This document shows positions 26,758 to 38,000 of a stretch of DNA of 64,000 nt, piece after piece. Source of the stretch: Massalongia carnosa. Its lineage: Eukaryota. The stretch is taken from positions 868,001 to 932,000 of the forward strand of contig OZ287079.1 in the NCBI GenBank assembly GCA_965645245.1, read 5' to 3'. The notes beneath the pieces were generated by a model that saw nothing but the letters and a program-made list of their open reading frames with translations, did no database searches and was not told where the DNA came from. The stretch's first letter is position 1. Every line of letters begins with the position of its first letter. The translations under genes and the position numbers were made by a program.

Positions 26758-29589
26758 TCATAAACTTACAGCAGGATTCGGAGGAACATGAGTTATCATG
26801 TCATGTTGCGATCGCAGAATTACTTCCGGATATACAATGTTATCCGTTTTCCAGTCATTTCGTTCCGGAAACAACATACACAATCGAGACACATCCATAA
26901 CTCGAGATAATGCCACATATAACTGACCATGAGTAAAAGGAGGAGCTCGCAAATCGACTCCTATCGTGTCCAATGATTGACCTTGCGACTTGTTGACAGT
27001 CATAGCAAAGCACAATCGTATCGGAAATTGTTTGCGACTTATGATCCAGGGCAACTCGCCTTCCGTGGTATTAAGAAGAATCCGGGGAATTAATCGCGTT
27101 TCACCGTTGAATTCTTATCCCAAAATCTTTCCCTCTAGACAGGTCCGCGAAATGTGAGTAAGACGTAATCGGGTGCCGTTACAGAGACCAAGTTTGGGAT
27201 ACAAATTCCGCAAAAAAATGATTCGGGCTCCAAGTTTCAGTTGCAATTGTGAAGGTTGTATAGACGATGTTTGCAAGGGTTGTAAAAACTCGGGAGGAAG
27301 AAAGTCTCCTCGTTCCTGCGCCGTATCGTTCTCTATTTGAGCAACGGAGTTCAAGGTGTGCGAACCGCCCTGCAATTTATTCAGTACTGCACCGTTTAAC
27401 TCTGCGACGATATTGTTCCACAAAGTCAAAATTGCTCGACTTGCGAAAGAATCCGCATCCAGATGAACTTGCCGCATGCGATCGGAAGGAAAAACGGTGT
27501 CCACGAAACTGTCTAAGTTGTTCAGTTGATTGACTTGTTCCGGTAGCTGAACACGACCGGAAAAAGCAGGATCATAAGACATTTTCCCGATCCAGTCCGC
27601 AAACGCCTCATTGGCGACTTCGTTACGAATTCGCATGATTTGACGCAAAAACAGTTTTTGAAATCGCGGCCACAGAAGGTGTTTTGAATGTTCGCCGCAA
27701 CGATGGCTTCCCGATTTCCACGGGGAACAACGGGCAAGATTTGAGCGAAATCTCCGCCTAACACCATCGGAATAACTCCGAAAGGTCGTCATTACCTAAA
27801 AGGTCCGTAAAAGTGCGATGTACGGCCATGAAGCATTGTTTGTGTTGCATCGGCACCTCATCCCCAATGATTAAGGCTGTGCGTTGCAAAAGACAGTGTA
27901 AATGCGTGTTGCGGGTGATATTACACATGCTGTCCTCATTTAAAATCAAAGGAATTTTCAACCGGGAATGTGAAGTCTGTCCGCTAGGAAGAAGTAAAGC
28001 CGCAATGCCGGGAGACGCAACGCAAAGAATGATTTTATTCTCCGCCCGAATATCATTGCAAAGAGTCTAATATAAAAAAGTCTTACCTGTTCCTGCAGGT
28101 CCGTGAACAAAAAAATGCGCCATTCTAGGATAATCTCTAACTCCCGCAACAATGGTATCAAAACAGTATTTCTGATCCGCATTCAATTGAGTATATCGTT
28201 CATTTCGTAACGTCGTTTCTTCGTTGAAATCGTAAGTCATTTCTGTAACGGTTCGACCATGCGTGGTGCGGACGGCAGGACCTACAGCGAACAAAGCAGG
28301 AGTCCCAGTTATAGTAGAATAGAGCTTGGTCTGCGGACTAAGTATTGTGCCTTTTGGTCGGGAGGACAGATGGCGCAATGGTAGAAATCTATTTACTTCT
28401 CGCTTCGTCACAATTTCATTTGCGATCAACGGATTTCCAGTACTCCGACCCCAATCGTATGTAAACAGCGGCATATTCTAATCCTCTAATCGTTTTCCTA
28501 AATCCGAAAGACCTCCGTTTAACAAATAAAGGCCGTAATCTAAATGCGGACTCATTAAATCGTCAGGAACATCAGTCATTGATCGTAATCGATGCGGTAA
28601 ATCGTCATATATATCATTTGCGTATCGATTCCATAAGGCCGTAGGATCCGTAACACGACGATCATCGGTTGTGGCCGCATTCTCCTGCAAAGCCTCGCTG
28701 GCGGATTTGTAAAGCATGATAAAGGGATTCATATTGTGCAACATCTCTGTTAAACGTCGTACAATATCGGGATCCAATTCTGTATGTTGTCGAGTACGAA
28801 TCGCGGTTGCTTCGTCGGGATCGTAAAAAACAGTTGAGCAAAGCGAGGAGAATCGTCAACGGGATCCAAAGGACCTTGCAGGTGATACAGTTCTCCGTGA
28901 TTTTGAAAACATACCGGTCCACGACCGTTGCGAGGAAGTCGGCGATCGGGTTTGTAGTTTACGGAGGTGAACGTCAACGTGGAATTATATTTTCGGAGGT
29001 TTTTGCGAAATGTGCGGGTTCTAATATCGTCACCAATTAACAGTTGCCGTAAATAAGCAGGAGGAGGCTGAAACGGTGGCAACACGACACCACCTCGCTT
29101 GCAACAGGATTTGTATACTCGATCTCGTCTTCTGTCACTCTGAACAGCTTCCGTTTCCCAATGCCACGCACCGCAGTTTCTGCAATGATCTGTCATGTGT
29201 TGAATTCGTTGTATCGCGGATTCTAAAGTGTACTGACTTTTAAATGCGGCAGGAAAGTTACGATTTGCAGCCGCATGGTCACGGGCTTCAACAGTACGGT
29301 CGCGACGACGTGTTCGACGATTTCCTCGTGACTCACGATGATTAACAGGTGGAGAAACAGGTCTGGAACTCGCAATGGATGGAGAAATATGTCCGAAACT
29401 CGACCTTACGAAACCGCGAGCTCGGTTGTGATTGTACTGACCCGCTTCTGCTTCGTTGAGCAGCATTTCTTCCCAAATGTTCGGATTTTCCAACTGCAAA
29501 TCATTTCGATTTGGCGGGCTTGGCGAGTGGAAAGCCGACGATACGGGAGAAACGGAATTCGTTATTGAACTGTTAGGCGAACTCTGCAA
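26758..29589 (-). pseudogene. Helitron Rep/helicase (PIF1-like SF1) pseudogene with internal deletion, stops and frameshifts
   Basis: N-terminal CxxC...CC module (CRNCGAWHW...SCCKRGGV...FRKNLRKYNSTLTFTS). Walker A HGPAGTGKT, DEVPMQHK, LGGDFAQILPVV, LRNLYPKLGLCNGTRL, QFPIRLCFAMTVNKSQGQSL and HGQLYVALSRV. In-frame stops at 28478, 28067 and 27115, plus frameshifts. Confidence 0.92.
28244..28412. mobile_element. Solo LTR, 169 bp, nested in the Helitron RepHel
   Basis: TGTAACG...CGTCACA termini (TG...CA, imperfect inverted ends) flanked by a perfect 5-bp TSD ATTTC (28239-28243 and 28413-28417). Removing it restores NPLIANE-MTYD. Confidence 0.82.
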
Positions 29590-31334
29590 AGATGGAAGAG
29601 TGACAGGAGATACAATCGAACTTCTTGGAGGAGCAGGCGGACGCAGGAAAAGACTAACAGAACGTTTTCGGTGGTCGTAAGCTTAGACGAACGCGTTTTG
29701 CGGGAGGATTTTCCGGAGAATTCACTTTATTATGCGGTCTACGGAGAGAACACCATTGTCGTAACGGAATGGGAAGTCGTGAAACGATTTCTCGAGGAGA
29801 AGAGCTAGGCTGCAAAGATATAGCGGTAGTCGTTGCTGTTGTTGCGAAGAGATCAGATAATTGTTAATGCTAAACCCAATTAAGACTACGTTAAACCGAA
29901 TCGAGGGTTTTCGCAGGTTCATTGAACGGACGGATTTAGCGCAGTTTTCGGGAACATCAAAACATGAAAAACGCGAACAACGACCACCTCTCGCGGCCCA
30001 CAACGAACGTAAAAGAACGTAGTTTTCGCGATACGGACTGATATCAACAGGATCAGTTGATCTCCGAAGTTTGACGAAGTGAAACGGTCCGGTACGGTCG
30101 AGGCAACAGGGGAATTTTTGGTCCTGTCCGCAGGGAGGTCCTCCCCGCATTATTTGATAATTCAGTACTGTTCCGCAAGCCGCGTTCCCTTTTTCGGGTT
30201 CAATCTAACCGAATAAGGTAGTGTTGCCCAAAGTAGCAGGGGAACTCTTTCAGTACTATATAGATTGTACCAACTCGTTGTTTCCCTAACTAGAACAACC
30301 TTTATCCTAGTTTTTTCTTCCTATTTTTACTAATCCACGGTTAATATATCGCTATTTTTCTTGAAATATCTTTGCAGCTAGAAAACGCAGGGTACAATCG
30401 CCTTGCTAATGTATTGAATCCATACACCCTGAACAAGAAGATGAGTTGCTCTCAACATTTTTTAGTAGTGTATATTTCATACTATCAAGAGCCGCTTCTC
30501 TAAATGGCGAATGTCAAAAATTCTCAAAGCCATTTCTGGATATATAAATTTCATCCCAAGACAAGAAGGGCGTTCGTTCGTGTGGGTTCCACGTTTTTGC
30601 TGCTTGGGCTTTAGGAAAAAATTGTTCCTAGGAGGCGTTTTTTCCTCTGTTTTGGTTTTCACATGCTAGAGTTTCCAAGCCTGTTTTGCTTACTTTCATC
30701 TCATCAAGGGCCGCTCCTTCCGTTATATCTCGTTAGACCTCCCAAGTTAACTTTCTGTTTCTGAATCATCTTATCAGAAGTAGCTCCTTCCCCCGCGTCG
30801 CTTTTCACATGTGAGAAGTTCCACCAAAACCGTTCTACAGAATCTCTTCCCGTCTTACGGTCATTGGGAAGCGATTTCCTTCATTTTCACATGCGGTGCA
30901 AGCCACACCATGGATCACATCTTTCTTCAATATGGAGTTCTATATTATATAGCCCAGTTCCTTCGTCTCGTCTTCTCCTTTCTTTCTTAGTTCGTCTTGT
31001 CTTCTTCTCTTTCCCTCCCATATATACAACCAATTAAAAGGCTTGCGCCTTTCACCACGAGTTTCGAATTACTTCATATTCCTTCTATCCACTCAACTCC
31101 ATAATCCCAGCGTCGAAGGCATTAGCCTTACTACACCGCTTCCTCCCCATATTTCATGTTTCACTGCCAGAACGAACCTCCCAAACAACGCATTCTCTGC
31201 TGTCATCTCTTCCTGCGAATTCATCGGACCAAATATTTAGGGTCAATCATCCCTTCCTACGAATCAGTCAATCGAACCGGAGCAGGGCATTCAGCAACAG
31301 CTGTTAGCCTGGAATATAAAGACAACTGGACGAG

Positions 31335-32093
31335 ATGTCGAGTTTTTTGGGATGGTCCGGCCTTGGGTCCTCGAGCGGACCCGACAATTTGCGTCCCGGC
31401 TTGATGTGCTGGCTGCCTCGAAGAAGCGATATCCCCAACTATCTACTTCGGGGGTGCAGCATCAACGAAGGCTGTTTCCATCATCCATTCCTCGTCGTGG
31501 ATGTTGATGACGCAACACAAAGTGTGGATGGATTCATTGTGACTATTTCCTTATCCTAGCTTCATACATCTAGCCTTACTTACAGTTAATAGGTAACGTC
31601 GTTCGGAGGCAAGCAAATTATGCAAAAGCATCCAACCAACGCTTACATCCGATTTCACCACTTGCCCATCTCTCCTTCTCCGATCCATCCGGATCTTGGC
31701 GTCCAGCTTTCTCTCGAGGGTGGTCTGCAGCTGCGAAAAAACTCCTACATCAACCTGGGAAGTCGGATTCGCGTCAACTTCGGGGTCCTCGCTGGGTACG
31801 CTTACGATGGCCAGATCTTTCGCCTCCAAGCGGATTCTCTCACCTGCTTGCGTCTTCACGAGGATACCTGCCGTCCAGGAAGTCTTCTGGCTTCGATCCA
31901 GAAGAGTGGCCATGTTCGTGATTGCCTATACCAAGCCCAGCTATGCAACATGGTTCTGAACCCTCAAGCACCTGACTTTTGCAAGGCTGAGGTCCCGGGC
32001 ACACTCTTGAATCCTCGAGCATCGGATTTTGTTTGCAAAGCCGAAATGCCGGCAGCATTTTGGAACCCGCTAGCTTCGGCATTTGTGTTCTGA
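31335..32093 (+). CDS. Uncharacterised 234-aa protein: PemK/MazF-like domain plus three C-terminal PAM2-like motifs; exons 31335-31538 and 31593-32093
   Basis: A 54-nt phase-0 intron 31539-31592 (GTGACT...CTTAC...TAG) joins two ORFs into RPGLMCWL...HHPFLVVD...GFI|VTSFGG...LRKNSYINLGSRIRV...FRLQADSL. The tail contains LNPQAPDF, LNPRASDF and WNPLASAF. Confidence 0.7.
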
Positions 32094-35000
32094 ATCCAAA
32101 GCTCCTCGATGCCTTTATAAAGTCTTCGGCACCACCGTTCCTTCTCAGGTTCTTCTGATGTCTCCTTCGCCACAGTCCCAGCTTGATTCCGGCCACCTAG
32201 AGCTGGGCCGAATTAACTGGAGCAGCGCAGACTGAACTTTAAAGACGCTTTGAGGAAGACCTTAGGATTGCTGAGAACGCTCGGATGGATGAGTTGGGAC
32301 TTCGGAAAAGCTCGGACGCACCGTTAAGGGACGGAACGAACGAAACGACGATGATGCCGCGTTTTTACAATGGCGATGAAGTGGGAAACGACTTCTACAT
32401 GGGCAAGATACTACAGACTGGACTTGGGAATGGAGTTGTGGTAGTTGTGGTAGTTGTGATTTTTCTTTTCGCGATATGTCTCTACTTGTTCTGTTTGTTT
32501 CCTTGCTAGCGAGTGCATGTTCTGTCTCTGTTGATTCTCTTCTATTGTTGTTTTTGTTGTAATGTCACATATTTCCGAAAAGGTTGGACAGGAAACTCGT
32601 ATAAGTTTATACAAGTCCATTGATAATACTTTATCGTCGAACGAATGGGGGTTTTGGATATCATGTCCCCTTTTTTTTTCAAAGAATCCAACCCGAGACA
32701 CTTGATCGCTATCTTGTTCTTTCTCTATCCATCATGGCAATATCTGCAAGACTCCTTTTCGTCCCCCGTATCCCCCACCCCATTCCTAAATGCATAATGA
32801 GATGAGCTAGATAGGATCTTTTGGGCGCTGCCATTCGCTGGGGCTCAGCTTTTGGTTGAGGATGTATGTATGCGCGCGAGACTTTAACTATGCTAAGCTA
32901 TCATGGTATGAATGGCCAGTTCTCCTTGCAAGAACGAAGGGTTTGAAAGAGCTTGAGGGGATTAAAAAAGCATGCGCTTTAGCTTGCGGCTTGTTTTTAG
33001 GCTACAATTATCTATGTGTGGTACTCAACTTACTTGCTCTACTTTAACCCAGCCTATCTACTTACCACGCAAGGGGAGGGGGTGCGATCGATTCTGTCTG
33101 TCTGCCCGTCTCAAAGTCAAAGGAGGAATTTAGTTTTAGTATTTGGGGAGGAAAAAAAAGGCGGTGGGGGAAAGGGAGAAGTTCATTGACTGAAGGGATA
33201 GCAATTCTATATTCCCCATCACATAACTATGCAGCTCAGTTCCGGTTCTCCTCTACTGTGTTTGCAGCGTCGCTGTTATCTATATCCATATCCGTGTTGC
33301 TACATACCTACCTACTTATCTACTTATTCCTTGCTTGCTCGTGCGGGAAAGGAGGACTAGATATTGAAGAATGTCTGTCTAGCTGTTTTCGAGTAGAGCA
33401 GAGAAGGGGGGTGAGGGGTTGGTAGGAAAGAGGGAAGGGGAAGGGAGAGGCATTTGGGCAAGTTAGGTAGGTTGGGTATATATATGTTGGGCGAAGTTCG
33501 TAGGTTTTCAGGAGGGGAAAATAAATGAATGAATGATAGTTATCTATTTTATTCCCTTCCTTCTAGCTCCCTCACTAGGTTTCACATATATGCTAACCTA
33601 GACCACAAAAGTGAAAACAAAAGGAATTCTGGGCGGTAAGGGTCAGTAGGGAATTTGGTGAGAACGGGACGGGAGAGGAGAAAGAGAGAAAAATGGTGAG
33701 GAAAAACTCAATAAAGGCCAAAGGAACGGTATCTCCCCTTCTTATAACTTCAAGATCAGAATAAAACAAATGAAAACAAACTCAGGGGAGAAGAACCGGG
33801 GGAAAGGTGCAAGAACTGCCGAAAGATTACCAGCAATGTGGTTCCTGCGGGCAAACTTCTCTAACGGAGTTCAAGGATGCGTAAAGTCCATATACGAAGT
33901 TGACGATAGGAAAAAGAAGTCGGAGAGAGGGGGTTTGAGGAGGAAGGAGATTGACGGTTGTACGGAATGATGGCTGTGTCGTTTGTTGCACATGCTCTTG
34001 TCATCCTGGTGGATTTCTTCTGATTTGATATTTCCTATCACCATACTCAGCCGTTTCGTACTTGTCTAGCTATGTTCCTTCTCAAGATATTTTTTCTGCC
34101 ACTTCTATGGAGCCCAGTTTGCCGCCAAGGAAAACCCGCGCGGGGGGGCTAGACACAGCTATGGATCTTTGCCGTTAACAGAGATCACCTTGGGGAGACG
34201 GTGCCTAGCAACGCCGCGTGCGCTCAAGATGGAAATAGGGCGGAAGGGTGGAGGATTGGAAGTTTTGGAGGATGGGGTGAAAGGGCGAGATTTGGTGTGG
34301 CGAGAATGGGTTTGATTGGGAAGATGGAGAATGAGGATGGGATAGGAACTGGAACGGAAATGATGAGAAAGGGGGGTGGTGAGTATCGCAATGGCGTGAT
34401 GGTGGTGACAATGTGCGATTCTTTCTGATTTGATATGTCCTGCCTTGCACATGGGTGCTTGTGTGCGTCTGAGATACTCGGAGTTTCGAATTGTGAAACT
34501 GTCAAAAGGCCCACATGATGGCTTCGTCGGCGGTCAGCGCATCACACATTGCTCTCAGCATCGCCCTAGTGACTATCTTGGTCCACCCGAAGACCTCTTC
34601 GCTAACCGGCTGCTCGTTTGCGACGTTGGAACGGCGGCAATGTGGGCGTGGAACCAACTGGTCGAAAAAAGCAATGTTACAGCCGCACCACGCATTTGCT
34701 CATCTTGCTTCCACGTTCTTTATCGCTATTATCATCACAAATTAAATCGCCGATCTCTGGAAATGAAGAGAGATATGAGTCTGGTTAAACCTCGAACCAA
34801 TCTCCCCATGGCTACACCCCATGGATATTTCACACTTCCTTTAGCCTTCCAATTCCCAATATCTCCGAAACAAAACGCACCATATATTTGCCAGCTCCAA
34901 CAGATCCATCCAATAGATCCAATCTGCATGCCAGAAAAAAACGTCACAATCTCTTTGTACCTAGTGTTTAAAGCGGTGTCTGAATTATTTTAAAGCAATT

Positions 35001-38000
35001 ACTTCATGATTTTGCCTAAAATCGAGCGATCATACACCCTTGATACCAATAAAATACTGGAAGTGGGACCACCTGAATAGGGTATTGGAACCTCTCCAAT
35101 GTTTTCGCACGTTGTTGTCTGACATAAAGTGATGCGCTTCAGTGCTGAGTCTCGTGGGCCTCGGGAGGAATTGTGATCGCATCATGTCCATGTGCCCTAT
35201 ATCAGTAGCTATCTTTAACCCTCGTCAAGTTTCATAGCGAGATTTTTGGCTAGATAAATTGCTTCGCTCGGCCGACAAAGAGTTACTGGGTCTAAGATCG
35301 ACGATAGAGAAGTCGTGCAGCTTAGAGGGGAATATGTTATTGACACGGAAGGCGAAGATACAGGGGATCGTCTTCTATGACTTACCAAAACGTGTAACAA
35401 GGAAGTAAGTCTAAAATCCCAATGTTTTTTTTGATGATCTGAGGAGCAGCGGCATGTGTTGAAACCTGCTGGTAGAGAGTTGGGATTCCCAAACATATTC
35501 CGGTCGTTAGATAAGGACCTTTTTAGGCGTGAATGTAAATAACTCGCTACATGCACTAGTGATGTACGTTAGGCTTCGTAGGACGAAGCTGAAATAGTCA
35601 TATTTTGTCGATATAGCAACTGGTCAAACATACGAAGTGCCAAGAACACTTTTACACTCGTATCGAGCAGCCTAACTGATTGAATCAGTGCAAAGATATA
35701 TCACGTAGGGAACGATGAAATCGAGCGGTTCATAGACATTTGCCAGTGTAACGGCTAACGGCAACGAAACAGATATCAGCATTCGAAGGGCGGAATTGGC
35801 CCGAACATGATTGCAGCGCGTACCAGCGAATACTTCTCAGCCAGGGCTTAAATATTTTCTTCCCTTTCTGTGACATCTGCACTCCAGAATGCTATCATAA
35901 GGAGTACGATGAGTGGATCGCTTTGAAGTTGTCCAACTCCATTGACAGATAAGCCACAATAGAGCATCAGCTATCGTTGCATACAAAGGTGTTTGACAAA
36001 AGAGTAGGGGTCGTAAATTATACTAGCTATCAGGTTAGCGAGATCAAGATACATGAAAATCATAATTGCCTACGACGAGATTGAGCCCTCACATTTCGAC
36101 CTGGTTCAGGTTGATCAGTATCTTTCATGCAGCCATGCGTTGCTAACTCTATATGCAAGAATCCTGATGACGGCCAAACACGTTCGCATATAAGAACGAA
36201 CTAAATGAACGACGGAGCGACGCATGAATGAGAAGCGTCATGCAGGTTGTATTTGCAATCCGAAGGTTTATCAAACAAAGATATCGGGAAAGCAGAAGAA
36301 GCACGATGCTTGGTGTGAGAGTTCAGCATAACAGCAAAAAGAATTGTCCATGGGAATGGTGGAGGTGGAAACAAGACCGAGTGCCGTATGATATGGTGAA
36401 AGTCTTCTGAATACCATACGGTCTCTGATCCGATGCGGCAACATGTATCCCTGCCGGGGATGTTTGTTCAGTTATTTCAAACTCTTGAAGATACCCATGA
36501 AATACTTATCCGTGAAAAGCTACCGGACGCAAGGATGCATTCACGGAGATGATTCCGGCCCAGCGGTACGTTTGTCCTGAGATATGAAACCATGGCAGTC
36601 ACTGACGGGAATGCATTAGCAGTATCCTTGATGTAGAAACGCAGAATTGACTTTACAGAAATTTCTGATATGTGTGTGTGTGTGTTTTTGTTATAATCTG
36701 TGATGAAGGAACAAATGTCGTAAACATATTGGTGGTGAAACATCTGAAATATCGAACCGAAAGAGATTGGAAGATTGACGGAACGAACAAATAAGTGCAA
36801 GTAATTGCTGCATAATCTCGCCCTCCCGATACAGGAGTCCAGAAGCAGGTAACCATGGATGATCGATCTTAACCTTACCCCAATCGATCATATATCCCCA
36901 CAATCTCGCCATTTCGGGATAGACGGATATCTCAACATCCTAGTCAACCTCATGGCGGGGCCCACGGGAGGAAATCCGGAAGCGAGAAAGAAAGGAGGCG
37001 AAGACCGGGAGATCGCCACCCTAGTCTCAATACAGACAAAAATATTCGATTACGTGTGGCGGAGTTCCGAGCGCAGGCATTCCAGACTCCCCTATTCGAG
37101 TAGGTATTCCATTACCGATAGAGACGTTGTTCGTGCAAAGAAGCTATGAATGGCCCAGGGACGAACTCCCTATCTCAGCTGAAAGTTCTCGTCGTGTGTG
37201 TACTCAATGCTACATTTTCAGCTAGGCATGATGCGATAATTGTCAAGCTGCCGCAACATGTTGCCCACAAGGTCGCCTCTATCGTCTCTGCCATGGCTGG
37301 AATCTCGCCTTCCTTGGTGCATCTTTCAGCCACGAGACTGACGACGACCAACAATTGACCCTAGGAGAGCTGATTGCTTCGATGAATGATTCATGTACAC
37401 AGTTACCGAGTCGCATCGCATCCTACCTACAAACCTGCTTTCGACTCGGTCTGCTTTAATGCGCCGACCGTACAGAGTGCTCTCTATGCCTTGCTGGATT
37501 CTTTGTACAGTATCGAAGTTCCCTCGGTCATGAGTCGTTTCCCCCCCAATCCGGCGAATACAGCCATTTTCGTTTCAAAACGAGTCGTGAATCGTTTCCT
37601 CCAAAACAGAGTGGATGATTCCTATAGGTGCGTAATGAGATGTATTTAAGTAATGATCGGACATGAAAAATAATATCAATCTGGGCAAAATTGTTTTTAT
37701 TTTCAGATCGGGGTTTAAGGTTCAATCATCGCATACAACATGCAATTAAAAATAGATTCTTTGCACAGCACCAACAATCCTTTCCAGCATACAACATTAT
37801 ATTCCACAATAGTCTGGCCCTTGCCTTAGCCAAACACAACATTTCTTACTCTTGCCAATCTTGGAACACAACACCTTGTCCCCATCTCCTCCCCCAAATC
37901 CCAGCAATTCGGGAGTCTAACCCACCATGTATATTTTCGGTAATCAAGGGTGTCATGCAACCAGTTGATTTTATGGCGTTGCTAGACTTTTGTGAAGGCC

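Larger units (their letters stand above)
26457..30264 (-). mobile_element. Helitron (element A, 3808 bp), decayed RepHel-type
   Basis: The 5' end is host A|TCTATATAG at 30264. The 3' hairpin ATCTCAG-TT-CTGAGAT (26469-26484) lies 12 nt before CTCG. The element encodes Helitron N-terminal and PIF1 helicase remnants. Confidence 0.88.

Noticed and set aside
26288..30264. ~150-bp direct repeats at 26288-26456 and 30115-30264 as an LTR pair
   Set aside because: No TG...CA ends or TSD, and the interior encodes a PIF1-type RepHel. The repeats are better explained as two Helitron 5' termini.
34430..34993. 187-aa ORF in the medA upstream region
   Set aside because: Non-ATG start and no recognisable domain; likely spurious.
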